From an uncultured Rhodobacteraceae bacterium (GTDB lineage: Bacteria; Pseudomonadota; Alphaproteobacteria; Rhodobacterales; Rhodobacteraceae), in assembly GCA_937864535.1 (NCBI GenBank), contig CALMJS010000031.1, forward strand, positions 23,468-87,467: a stretch of DNA of 64,000 nt. Reading direction: 5' to 3'. Both the position numbers and the translations under genes were made by a program. Positions 55,335 to 64,000 of the stretch are shown piece by piece. The notes beneath the pieces were generated by a model. That model did not search any database, was not told the origin of the DNA, and was given only the letters and a program-made list of their open reading frames with translations. Each line of letters opens with the position of its first letter. Position 1 is the first letter of the stretch.

Positions 55335-56521
55335 TGCTCGAGCATCTGAAAGAACAACCCGCCGACAAAATCCTTATGCTGCTGCAGGCCTTCCGCGAGG
55401 ACCCGCGCGCCGACAAGATCGACCTCGGCGTCGGCGTCTATAAGGACAAGACCGGCCTCACTCCGGTGATGCGTGCCGTCAAGGCCGCCGAGCAGAAGAT
55501 CTGGGAAACCCAGAACTCGAAATCCTATACCAGCCTCGCTGGCGAACCGGCCTATATCGACGCGATGATCGGCCTCGTGCTGAACGGCGCCGTGGCGCGT
55601 GAACGCGTGTCTGCCGTGACCACCCCCGGCGGGACCGGCGCGATCCGTCAGGCCTTTGAACTGATCCGCAAGGCCTCGCCGGACGCCACCGTCTGGGTGT
55701 CGAACCCGACTTGGCCGAACCACGTGTCGATCCTGAACTATCTGGGCATGTCGCACACCGCCTATAGCTACTTCGACGCCACGACCCGCGATGTCGACTT
55801 TGCTGGCATGATGGCCGACCTGACCAAGGGCCTCAAGGCAGGCGACGTCGTGCTGCTGCATGGCTGCTGTCACAACCCGACCGGGGCCAACCTGAACGCC
55901 GAGCAGTGGGACGAGGTGATTGCGCTGATCAAAGCAAAGGGCGCCGTGCCGATGGTCGACCTTGCCTATCAGGGTTTTGGCGATGGTCTGGATGCCGATG
56001 CGCTGGCCACCCGCAAAGTCGCGGCCGCCTTTGACGAATGTCTGATTGCGGCGTCTTGCTCGAAAAACTTTGGCATCTATCGCGAACGCACCGGCGTGTT
56101 GATGACCGTTGCACGCGATGCCGGTCAGGCCAAACTCGCCCAAGGCATGTTGCAGTTCCTGAACCGTCAGAACTTCTCCTTCCCGCCGGATCACGGCGCC
56201 CGTATCGTCGCGACGATCCTGAACGACGAAGCTCTCAAGGCTGACTGGATGGCCGAGCTGGAAGAGGTCCGCCTGTCGATGCTGGGCCTGCGCACGCAAC
56301 TGTCCGACGAACTGCGTCGCCTGACCAACAGCGACCGTTTCGACTTTATCGCCCGTCACCGCGGCATGTTCAGCCAGATCGGCACCACCGCCGATAAGGT
56401 CGAGCAAATGCGCGCCGACAGCGGCATCTACATGGTGTCGGACAGCCGCATGAACATTGCTGGCCTGAACAGCGACACAGTCCCGCTCTTGGCTGCCGCG
56501 ATCGTCAAAGCAGGCGTCTAA
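55331..56521 (+). CDS. Class I (AspC/TyrB-type) aspartate/aromatic amino acid aminotransferase
   Basis: ADKIDLGVGVYKD, HGCCHNPTG, SCSKNFGIYRERTG (PLP Lys). Start overlaps the sseA stop (ATGATG). Confidence 0.9.
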   Translation: MMLEHLKEQPADKILMLLQAFREDPRADKIDLGVGVYKDKTGLTPVMRAVKAAEQKIWETQNSKSYTSLAGEPAYIDAMIGLVLNGAVARERVSAVTTPGGTGAIRQAFELIRKASPDATVWVSNPTWPNHVSILNYLGMSHTAYSYFDATTRDVDFAGMMADLTKGLKAGDVVLLHGCCHNPTGANLNAEQWDEVIALIKAKGAVPMVDLAYQGFGDGLDADALATRKVAAAFDECLIAASCSKNFGIYRERTGVLMTVARDAGQAKLAQGMLQFLNRQNFSFPPDHGARIVATILNDEALKADWMAELEEVRLSMLGLRTQLSDELRRLTNSDRFDFIARHRGMFSQIGTTADKVEQMRADSGIYMVSDSRMNIAGLNSDTVPLLAAAIVKAGV

Positions 56522-56538
56522 GCCAATCAGAATGATCG

Positions 56539-56566
56539 AAAAGGCGGGGTTTTCCCCGCCTTTTTT
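56539..56566. terminator. Bidirectional rho-independent terminator
   Basis: aaaa-ggcgggg-tttt-ccccgcc-tttttt between convergent genes. Confidence 0.85.
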
Positions 56567-56578
56567 GTTACCCGGACC

Positions 56579-57259
56579 CTAGCGCTGCCTCAGCGCCCCA
56601 AGCCCCGCAAGACCCGCCAACAGCAGCACCGCGGACGCGGGCAACGGGACAGCGGGCAACGTCGGCTCAGTCCCGAAAGACGCGGACGTGTCGTGAATAC
56701 GAATATAGTCGAGGCTACCAGCCAGCGCTTCGCCACTCACGGCGCTGTCATCCATAAAGAAATGGACATCATTCGATGCGTAAATATTAGAGGGATCAAA
56801 GGTCGTCATGGCAAGGACACCGTTTACCCAAGCTGAGAACAGATTGCCGCTTCGCTCAACGCTAAATACAAACGGGACATTGTCCGGAACAAAGCCACCG
56901 TTCACACCATAACCATACGCTTCGACGGCTGCGTTATAGAAGTAAATACCAAAGTCCGACGAGCGGCCCAAGAAGTCGAGGACCTTATTATACCCGGAAA
57001 CCGAATCGACGGCAGTAATGCCGATTTCAATGGCGTAATCGGTAGAACTCGGCAGCCCATTCACGAGCCGAAGCCCCTCTTGTAGGTCAAACGTATAAGT
57101 CCCGCCTGACACGACCCCACCAAAAGAGGTTAGGCTGGGTCCGGTGCCCATGGTGTCGCCCAAACCCGTAGTAAAATCATAACTGTGCAGCAACGCAGCC
57201 TGAGCCGGCGCGGCCATCAATCCAAGCGCCGTACAGGCTCCTGCAAACCAAAGTCTCAT
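56579..57259 (-). CDS. Secreted LamG/jelly-roll-like protein with VPLPA-CTERM sorting signal
   Basis: Signal peptide (MRLWFAGACTALGLMAAPAQA) and the C-terminus LPAVPLPASAVLLLAGLAGLGALRQR. Confidence 0.75.
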   Translation of the reverse strand: MRLWFAGACTALGLMAAPAQAALLHSYDFTTGLGDTMGTGPSLTSFGGVVSGGTYTFDLQEGLRLVNGLPSSTDYAIEIGITAVDSVSGYNKVLDFLGRSSDFGIYFYNAAVEAYGYGVNGGFVPDNVPFVFSVERSGNLFSAWVNGVLAMTTFDPSNIYASNDVHFFMDDSAVSGEALAGSLDYIRIHDTSASFGTEPTLPAVPLPASAVLLLAGLAGLGALRQR

Positions 57260-57382
57260 TTCGCCCCCAAAAGTATAAAATTTATTCTATAACTCTGCGC
57301 CTTTGGCCCAAAACAGTCAACTATTCTCATAAGGCGCAAAAACGGGCGCACCTGCTTGGTACGCCCGCTCCTGGAGGAAACC

Positions 57383-57406
57383 AAAAGGGCGGGACTAACC
57401 CGCCCT
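57383..57406 (-). terminator. Rho-independent terminator after amtB (copy 1)
   Basis: On the minus strand: agggcggg-ttagt-cccgccct followed by tttgg. Confidence 0.75.
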
Positions 57407-57412
57407 GATGTC

Positions 57413-58765
57413 TTAGTTGTGGTAGGCTTGTTCGCCGTGCGACGCGAGGTCGAGGCCCATCCGCTCTTCGTCGGTGCTGACACGCAGGCCCATGACGACA
57501 TCGATGATCTTGTACAGAACGAACGAGGCGATACCGGACCAAGCGATGGTGATCAGAACAGCCTTGATCTGGATCATCGTCTGCGCACCCATGGTGATGC
57601 CTTCGACGTAGCCCATGCCGCCCAGACCCGGTGCTGCAAAGATACCGGTGCCGACTGCGCCGATGATGCCGCCCACGCCGTGGATGCCGAACACATCGAG
57701 GCTGTCATCGTAGCCGAACTTGTTCTTGACCACTGCGACGAAGAAGTAGCACACCACCGAGGCAAACGCGCCGAGGAAGATCGCGCCGACCGGACCAACA
57801 GCACCAGCCGCCGGGGTGATCGCAACCAGACCAGCCACCAGACCCGAGGCAGCGCCCAGCATCGAGGCCTTGCCACGTGCCAGACCTTCGACCACGCACC
57901 ACGCCAGAATAGCGCCAGCCGTTGCCGTAAAGGTGTTGATCATAGCGAGGGTCGCGGTGCCGTTGGCCTCGAGGGCGGAACCGGCGTTGAAACCGAACCA
58001 GCCAACCCACAGTACACCGGCACCCACCAGCGTCAGCGTCAGCGAGTGCGGCGCCATCATGTCCTTGCCCAGACCGACGCGCGGCCCGATAACAAGAGCA
58101 CCGACCAGAGCCGCGATACCGGCGTTGATGTGCACAACCGTGCCGCCTGCAAAGTCCAGAGCGCCCATACCAAACAGCAGACCGTTAGCATCCCACACCA
58201 TGTGAGCGACCGGGTAGTAGACGACGATCAGCCACAGCGCGACAAAGGCCAGCAGGGACTTGAATTTGATCCGCTCAGCAAAGGCACCGATGATCAGCGC
58301 CGGCGTGATTGCCGAGAAGGTCATCTGGAACGCGATGAAGACAAATTCCGGGATGACGTAGTCGGACGAGAAGGTCGCGGCCATCGTGTCGGGCCCGATC
58401 CCCGCCAGGAACACCTTGGCCAGACCGCCCCAGTAGGGCGAGGTCGACCCACCAAAGGCCATCGAATAACCGAACAGAACCCACATCACCATCGCCAGCG
58501 CGGTGATCGCGGTACACTGCATCAGAACCGAGAGCATGTTCTTGGTGCGGACCAGACCGCCGTAGAACAGTGCCAGACCCGGCAGGATCATGAACAGAAC
58601 CAAGAGGGTCGAGGTCATCATCCACGCCACGTCGCCCTTATCCATCACAGGCGCAACCTCGGCGGCGGCGTCAGTGGCGGCGGCAGCAGCATCCTGCGCC
58701 CAAGCGGGGGCAGCGGCGACGAGGCCTACCAAACCCAATGAGGTTGTTTTCAAAAGAGATTTCAT
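57413..58765 (-). CDS. amtB: Ammonium transporter (copy 1)
   Basis: 450 aa with a signal peptide and Amt signatures (DFAGGTVVHINAGIAAL, VFGIHGVGGIIG). Confidence 0.95.
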   Translation of the reverse strand: MKSLLKTTSLGLVGLVAAAPAWAQDAAAAATDAAAEVAPVMDKGDVAWMMTSTLLVLFMILPGLALFYGGLVRTKNMLSVLMQCTAITALAMVMWVLFGYSMAFGGSTSPYWGGLAKVFLAGIGPDTMAATFSSDYVIPEFVFIAFQMTFSAITPALIIGAFAERIKFKSLLAFVALWLIVVYYPVAHMVWDANGLLFGMGALDFAGGTVVHINAGIAALVGALVIGPRVGLGKDMMAPHSLTLTLVGAGVLWVGWFGFNAGSALEANGTATLAMINTFTATAGAILAWCVVEGLARGKASMLGAASGLVAGLVAITPAAGAVGPVGAIFLGAFASVVCYFFVAVVKNKFGYDDSLDVFGIHGVGGIIGAVGTGIFAAPGLGGMGYVEGITMGAQTMIQIKAVLITIAWSGIASFVLYKIIDVVMGLRVSTDEERMGLDLASHGEQAYHN

Positions 58766-58786
58766 TTCACTATCCCCTAGTACGCC

Positions 58787-59125
58787 TTAGAGCGAGTCAT
58801 CGTTGGTTTCGCCGGTCCGCACGCGCAGCGCAGACTCGACGTCCAGCACGAACAGCTTGCCGTCACCAATCTTGCCGGTCTGGGCAGTCTTGACGATGAC
58901 TGCCACAACTTCGTCGACCATGTTGTCCGGGACGACGATTTCCAGTTTGATTTTGGGGACGTAGTTTACCGAGTACTCGGCACCGCGATAAATTTCAGTG
59001 TGACCGGATTGGGACCCAAACCCCTTAATCTCGGTCACCATCATCCCGCGAACACCGGCAGCAGTCACAGCTTCGCGGACTTCTTCCAGTTTGTAGGGCT
59101 TGATGGCAGCAATAATGAGTTTCAC
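58787..59125 (-). CDS. glnK: Nitrogen regulatory protein P-II (GlnK type, copy 1)
   Basis: 112 aa from the internal GTG: VKLIIAAIKPYKLEEVREAV...IKGFGSQSGHTEIYRGAEY (T-loop Tyr51). Confidence 0.92.
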   Translation of the reverse strand: MKLIIAAIKPYKLEEVREAVTAAGVRGMMVTEIKGFGSQSGHTEIYRGAEYSVNYVPKIKLEIVVPDNMVDEVVAVIVKTAQTGKIGDGKLFVLDVESALRVRTGETNDDSL

Positions 59126-59323
59126 GTTCTTCCCTCCCATCTGTTGCCGCGACCGTGCGGCAGGGATGAACCGACCTGACGCCTTGGCCCGCCATCGCAC
59201 AAGCTTTGGGCAATTACTCTAAAATGAGGCAGCTATTCTTTTGGGTGCAATTGATTAAAATTTAATCGTAGTGATTATTTTTTAATCAGACCGCAAAGCC
59301 GACAGTCGAATCATCCGGAAAAC

Positions 59324-59350
59324 AAAAAGCCCGGGCGCGAACGCCCGGGC
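59324..59350 (-). terminator. Rho-independent terminator after amtB (copy 2)
   Basis: gcccgggcg-cgaa-cgcccgggc, with a T-run on the minus strand. Confidence 0.8.
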
Positions 59351-59378
59351 GAGTAGCGAAATGCCAACTGGAAGGGTG

Positions 59379-60719
59379 TTAGCCTTTCGTAAACTCGGGA
59401 TAGGCCTCCATGCCCAGCTCTGCCTTGTCGAGACCCATGATCTCTTCTTCGGCGCTGACGCGGATGCCAACGGTGACCTTGAGGATGGTCCAGACGATGG
59501 CCGATACGATGAAGACGAACAGACCGACGATCACGATCGAGGCAACCTGACCGTAGAGGGTCGCATCCGGGTTGGTGATCACCACAGCCAGCGTCCCCCA
59601 GATCCCGCACATCAGGTGAACCGGAATGGCACCAACGGCGTCGTCGATCTTGAGCTTGTCAAGGAACGGCACAGCAAAGACCACAATCACACCACCAACG
59701 GCACCGATCAGCAAGGCCATGCCCAGCGACGGGGTCAGCGGTTCAGCCGTAATCGACACCAGACCTGCCAGCGCACCGTTCAGAACCATGGTGAGGTCAA
59801 CCTTGCCGTACATGATCTGGGTCACGATCATCGCGGCAATCGCACCGCCAGCAGCACCGGCATTGGTGTTTGCAAAGATGCGCGAGATGTCGGCCACGTT
59901 CCCGGCGGTATCCATGTACAGCTGCGAACCACCGTTAAACCCGAACCAACCCATCCACAGGATAAACGTACCCAGAGTGGCGAGCGGCAGGTTGGCACCC
60001 ATGATCGGAACCGTGCGGCCATCCTTGTACTTGCCCAGACGCGGACCGAGGATCAGAGCGCCGGCCAGAGCAGCCCAGCCACCGGCAGAGTGCACAACGG
60101 TCGAACCGGCAAAGTCGAGGAAGCCAAAGTTCGCGTCCAGGAAACCACCGCCCCACTTCCACGAGGCTTCGATCGGGTAGATCAGGCCCGTCAGGACGAC
60201 GGTAAAGGCAAGGAACGGCCACAGCTTGATCCGTTCAGCCAGCGTACCGGACACGATCGAGGCTGTGGTTGCACAGAACATCAACTGGAAGAAGAAGTCA
60301 GAGCCAACAGACGCATAGGTCAGGTCGGTTTCGGTATCAGCCAGACCGACCGGCTCCAGAACGGCTGTAGAAATCGCGCCCAGAACGTTCGGGATGATCC
60401 AGCCGTCACCGGGGTACATCAGATTGTAGCCAACCAGCCAGTACATGATGCCGGCGATGGCAAACAGCGCCACGTTTTTCAGCAGCTGCATGCTCGTGTT
60501 TTTCTGGCGTACCAGACCTGCCTCAAGCATGGCAAAGCCGGCCCCCATGAACATCACCAGAAACCCGGTGACCAAGAACATAAAGGTGGTGAAAATATAG
60601 CCGATTTCTTCGGTCGGCGGTGTCATGTCGGCGACGGCCTCGGCCGCCTCTTGGGCAAAGCCCAAGGTCGGCAGCGCGATCAACGCGGCAACGACCGGGA
60701 GTGTTTTTGCGAGTCTCAT
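59379..60719 (-). CDS. amtB: Ammonium transporter (copy 2)
   Basis: 446 aa with a signal peptide and DFAGSTVVHSAGGWAAL, AIPVHLMCGIWG. Confidence 0.95.
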   Translation of the reverse strand: MRLAKTLPVVAALIALPTLGFAQEAAEAVADMTPPTEEIGYIFTTFMFLVTGFLVMFMGAGFAMLEAGLVRQKNTSMQLLKNVALFAIAGIMYWLVGYNLMYPGDGWIIPNVLGAISTAVLEPVGLADTETDLTYASVGSDFFFQLMFCATTASIVSGTLAERIKLWPFLAFTVVLTGLIYPIEASWKWGGGFLDANFGFLDFAGSTVVHSAGGWAALAGALILGPRLGKYKDGRTVPIMGANLPLATLGTFILWMGWFGFNGGSQLYMDTAGNVADISRIFANTNAGAAGGAIAAMIVTQIMYGKVDLTMVLNGALAGLVSITAEPLTPSLGMALLIGAVGGVIVVFAVPFLDKLKIDDAVGAIPVHLMCGIWGTLAVVITNPDATLYGQVASIVIVGLFVFIVSAIVWTILKVTVGIRVSAEEEIMGLDKAELGMEAYPEFTKG

Positions 60720-60743
60720 TAAATTATCCCCTGTTCGCCAATC

Positions 60744-61082
60744 TCAGAGTGCGTCGTCGTTTGTTTCACCGGTCCGAACGCGCAGCGCAGAATCGACGTC
60801 CAAGACGAAAATCTTGCCATCACCGATTTTGTCGGTGCGGGCGGCGGTTGCGATTGTGGACACGATCTGCTCGGCCATGGCGTCAGGCACCACAATCTCG
60901 AGCTTTACTTTCGGGACAAAATTCACGGCATATTCTGCGCCACGGTAGATTTCGGTGTGACCCGACTGAGAGCCAAAGCCCTTGATCTCGGTCACCATCA
61001 TCCCGCGCACGCCAGCGGCGGTCACGGCTTCGCGGACCTCCTCCAGCTTGAACGGCTTGATTGTAGCGATGATGAGTTTCAC
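60744..61082 (-). CDS. glnK: Nitrogen regulatory protein P-II (GlnK type, copy 2)
   Basis: 112 aa from the internal GTG: VKLIIATIKPFKLEEVREAV...YRGAEYAVNF. Confidence 0.92.
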   Translation of the reverse strand: MKLIIATIKPFKLEEVREAVTAAGVRGMMVTEIKGFGSQSGHTEIYRGAEYAVNFVPKVKLEIVVPDAMAEQIVSTIATAARTDKIGDGKIFVLDVDSALRVRTGETNDDAL

Positions 61083-61343
61083 GTTCTTCCCCTTGCGAGT
61101 TTCCTTGGCGACCACGAGCTGGGCCGCTTGGCTCCAATGGGCTGGCCCAAGCGCGTTGCATCAAGTTTTCGAGAGGCGCGAGGCCGACGAAATCCGTAAT
61201 TGTTGCACATTTTTTGCACTGATTGTTACATTTGATTAATTTTTACGCAAAAAACTGAGCGCACCCTTGCACCTCTTCAGGCCCTAAACATTTCCGCATT
61301 CACAGGATATGGTCGCGCCAAAAGCATAGGATCGAGCAGACCC

Positions 61344-63494
61344 ATGACCTCTTCAGGACGCAACCGCCCCAGTTTGGTGGCCGAGAATCGGTATACAAGC
61401 CGACAGGCCCCGAAAAAGGCAGCGCCGAAAAAGCCGACTCCTCCGAAAAAGCGGCGCACCTCGGGCGGGGGGCGCCCGCCCCGCAGGCCGCGTGGCCCGA
61501 TCGCCCTTGTCCGCGGGCTCATCGGCTGGATTTTCGGGTTGATCTGGCGGGTTGTCTGGCGCGGCATCCTGATCGTCAGCCTGATCATCGGCGCATCGGT
61601 CTGGTACACCGCGTCCAATCTGCCGAACGCCAGTGACCTGATCGACGGGCGCGCGCGCGGCTCGGTCACCATGCTGGACCGGGACGGGCGGCAATTTGCG
61701 TGGCGCGGCGACCAATTCGCCGGCGCCATCACTGCCGCGTCAGTGTCGCCAAACCTCAAAAACGCGGTTGTCGCGACCGAAGACAAACGATTCTATTGGC
61801 ACTTGGGGATTTCACCGCGTGGTATCCTTGGCGCGATCCGCAGCAACCTGCGCGACGGCAATGGGGCGCTGTCCGGCTCTGGCGGCTCGACCATCACCCA
61901 ACAAACCGCGAAACTGCTGTGCCAGGGCCAGCCCTTTGACGCAACGCTGTGGCAGAACGAGGCCGCCTATGAGGCCGACTGCCGCAAGACCACCCTTTGG
62001 CGCAAGATCACCGAAGCCGTCTACGCGATGGCGATGGAGGCCACGTATACCAAGGATGAAATCCTGACGATCTACCTCAACCGGGCCTACTTGGGCGCGG
62101 GGACACGCGGGTTTGAGGCTGCATCGCAGCGGTATTTCGGGGTTTCTTCATCTCAGGTGACACCCGCCCAGGCGGCACTCTTGGCGGGACTGCTCAAGGC
62201 TCCGTCGTCCTATGCCCCGACCACGAACCTGCAGCGGTCATGGGACCGCGCCAGCGTGGTCATCGGTCTGATGGAAGACCAAGGCTATATTACCGCCGCG
62301 CAGGCTCGGGACGCACTGACAAATCCGGCGCAGATCGTCGCCAGCGCACAGGGACGCGAAGGCGGCTATTTTGCCGATTGGGTGATGGACACCGGACCGT
62401 CCTATTTCACCGAGGACACCACCGAAGACGTGATCATCCGCACGACCTTTGATCCTTATATCCAGAAATCCGCCGAAGAAGCGCTGGCCTGGATATTCGA
62501 GAACAAGGTTCGCGAAGGATCCGAGGCGCAGGCCGCGATCGTCGTGATGTCGGCAGACGGCGCCGTTCGGGCAATGGTTGGCGGGCGCCAGTTGACCTCT
62601 GGCGGGTCGTTCAACAGGGCCACACAGGCGCTGCGCCAGACCGGATCGTTGTTCAAACCCTTTGTCTATGCAGCCGCGCTCGAACTCGGACACTCTCCGA
62701 ACGAGCTGATCAACGATGAACCGATGTGCATGAACATCGTCGGATCCGGCGCATGGTGCCCTCAAAACTATGACCGCGAATTCAAGGGCCAGATCACCCT
62801 GACCCAAGCCCTGCGCGAGAGCCGCAATATCCCCACGGTCCTGCTATCCGAGGCAGTCGGACGCGAGGCCGTGCGCAATGTCGCCAATGGCTTTGGCCTG
62901 ACCGCCGAACTGGCGCAGGGGCCCGCTCTGGCGCTTGGCGTATCGGAATCGACCCTGCTGGAAATGACTGGTGCCTATGCGGGCATTCTGAACGGCGGGT
63001 CCAGCGTGACGCCCTATGGCTTGGTCGAACTGAGCCTGCGGCGCAATCCGGGCGTGCCGCTGATGGGCAGCGGCGGCGGCATCGGCGAACGGGTCATTCG
63101 CGAAGAGAGCGACCGCAAGCTGATCTGGATGATGAACCAGGTGGTGGAAAACGGCACAGGCGGCCGCGCCCGCATCGACGGCTGGCAAATCGCCGGCAAG
63201 ACCGGCACCACCCAAGGCGCGCGTGACGCATGGTTCATCGGCTTTACCGCAGATTACGTGACCGGCGTCTGGATGGGCTACGACAACAACGAAAAGCTGA
63301 CCGAAGTCACCGGCGGCACACTTCCCGCCGAAATCTGGCACGAAACGATGACGCGCGTGCTAACGAATATGGCACCCGCCCCGCTGCCGATGATCACACC
63401 CGATGCGAATTCGGGCGGGCTGGTCATGACCGACGACGAAGCGCAGGGACTGATCCAGATGATTCTGCGGGAACTACAGGGGCAGTCGAACTGA
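61344..63494 (+). CDS. Class A penicillin-binding protein (glycosyltransferase + transpeptidase)
   Basis: Basic cytoplasmic tail plus TM, GT51 motifs (ATEDKRFYWH, GGSTITQQ, RKITEA) and transpeptidase motifs (SLFKP, SRN, KTGTT). Confidence 0.9.
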   Translation: MTSSGRNRPSLVAENRYTSRQAPKKAAPKKPTPPKKRRTSGGGRPPRRPRGPIALVRGLIGWIFGLIWRVVWRGILIVSLIIGASVWYTASNLPNASDLIDGRARGSVTMLDRDGRQFAWRGDQFAGAITAASVSPNLKNAVVATEDKRFYWHLGISPRGILGAIRSNLRDGNGALSGSGGSTITQQTAKLLCQGQPFDATLWQNEAAYEADCRKTTLWRKITEAVYAMAMEATYTKDEILTIYLNRAYLGAGTRGFEAASQRYFGVSSSQVTPAQAALLAGLLKAPSSYAPTTNLQRSWDRASVVIGLMEDQGYITAAQARDALTNPAQIVASAQGREGGYFADWVMDTGPSYFTEDTTEDVIIRTTFDPYIQKSAEEALAWIFENKVREGSEAQAAIVVMSADGAVRAMVGGRQLTSGGSFNRATQALRQTGSLFKPFVYAAALELGHSPNELINDEPMCMNIVGSGAWCPQNYDREFKGQITLTQALRESRNIPTVLLSEAVGREAVRNVANGFGLTAELAQGPALALGVSESTLLEMTGAYAGILNGGSSVTPYGLVELSLRRNPGVPLMGSGGGIGERVIREESDRKLIWMMNQVVENGTGGRARIDGWQIAGKTGTTQGARDAWFIGFTADYVTGVWMGYDNNEKLTEVTGGTLPAEIWHETMTRVLTNMAPAPLPMITPDANSGGLVMTDDEAQGLIQMILRELQGQSN

Positions 63495-64000
63495 TCAGCG
63501 ACACACAACGACCCGGGTGCTCCAGTCCGCGCAGGATTGGGGCAACTCGCCGGGCAGATCGCGGTCGGTATAGATCGCGTTCACATCGGATAATGAGGCG
63601 ATACGTGCCGGAGCATTGCGCTGAAACTTGGTGTGATCCGCAACCAGCCAGACCTCGCGCGATTGCCGCAGGATCGTTTGACTGACGCCGACCTCCTGGA
63701 TGTCAAAGTCCAGAATGTCGCCTTCCACGTCCAAGGCAGAACAGCCGATGACGGCGTAATCGAATTTGAACTGGCGAATGACATCAGAGGTCAGCGGCCC
63801 GATCAACCCGCCGTCAGACCGCCGCAGCGCCCCGCCGGTCACAATGACCTGACAGGACTCATTTCTGGATAAGATATTGGCGACATTCATATTGTTCGTC
63901 ACAACCATGATGTCACGATGTCCCATCAGGGCGGCGGCGACGGCCTCGGTCGTGGTGCCGATATTCAGGAATATCGAACAATTGTCGGGCAAGTGGTCGG
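63495..64000 (-). CDS. DeoR/GlpR-family transcriptional regulator (N-terminal HTH lies beyond the window)
   Basis: The C-terminal DeoR sensor domain (IFLNIGTTT..., VIVTGGALR, DYAVIGCSALD) is open to the window end. Confidence 0.75.
   Translation of the reverse strand, partial: DHLPDNCSIFLNIGTTTEAVAAALMGHRDIMVVTNNMNVANILSRNESCQVIVTGGALRRSDGGLIGPLTSDVIRQFKFDYAVIGCSALDVEGDILDFDIQEVGVSQTILRQSREVWLVADHTKFQRNAPARIASLSDVNAIYTDRDLPGELPQSCADWSTRVVVCR

Noticed and set aside
61081-61200. Sigma54 promoter (TGGCAC-N5-TTGC) upstream of either glnK copy.
   Set aside because: The best candidates (for example ttgggccagcccattgg on the minus strand) are off in spacing and lack the -12 GC. None is convincing enough to report.
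1-64000. Search by eye for tRNA/rRNA genes, CRISPR arrays, IS/transposase or integrase genes, toxin-antitoxin pairs and known defence-system genes.
   Set aside because: The only sizeable intergenic gaps (under about 500 nt) are explained by leaders, riboswitch, repeats or terminators. No translated ORF shows transposase, integrase, Cas or other defence-type motifs. The RatA-like SRPBCC protein has no partner gene and looks like the housekeeping COQ10-type.

Overview
This 64 kb window is high-GC and densely coding. It looks like core chromosome of an alphaproteobacterium, probably Rhodobacteraceae. That placement is an inference from gene order (rpoZ-spoT-pdxJ-acpS-lepB-rnc-era-recO), a VPLPA-CTERM protein and cbtAB/cobW/cobN cobalamin genes. 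I found no rRNA, tRNA, CRISPR array, IS element, prophage or obvious defence genes. Layout: (i) 1-9.5 kb is a long minus-strand housekeeping operon. (ii) 9.6-19.5 kb holds ispH, rnhA, hpt, a LysR regulator with two c-type cytochromes, def-def'-fmt and patB. (iii) 19.5-45 kb is a split cobalamin (B12) region, interrupted by mltB, a glycosyltransferase and smc. It contains the operon cbiX-cobH-cobL-cobI-cbiG~cobJ-cobM, then yqjG-DUF1636-cobC-cobD, then a cobalamin riboswitch with cbtB-cbtA, then DUF1636/cobW-GNAT, cobN, GNAT, a TDT-like membrane protein and cobO. (iv) 45-64 kb holds a TPP enzyme, split mnmC, slt, dapA, smpB, sseA, an aminotransferase, a VPLPA-CTERM protein, two tandem glnK-amtB operons, a class A PBP and a DeoR regulator. 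Points worth a second look: a 4-copy intergenic repeat with a conserved ~36 nt core plus a hairpin whose stem sequence differs in every copy; a structured leader upstream of the cbiX-led cob operon with mutually exclusive 9-nt pairings over the RBS/start; two tandem paralogues that have lost catalytic residues (Def' with Cys->Ser and Glu->Gln; a DUF805-signal peptidase fusion with Lys->Ser); and uncharacterised passengers in the B12 locus (two DUF1636 genes, a long CbiX with Cys cluster and His tail alongside CobN, a full-length CbiG fused to CobJ, a Xi-class GST, two GNATs, a small basic protein and a TDT-like transporter behind an AT-rich promoter). I see no self-contained novel multi-gene system. 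All calls come from reading the translations and sequence by eye; no database search was run.
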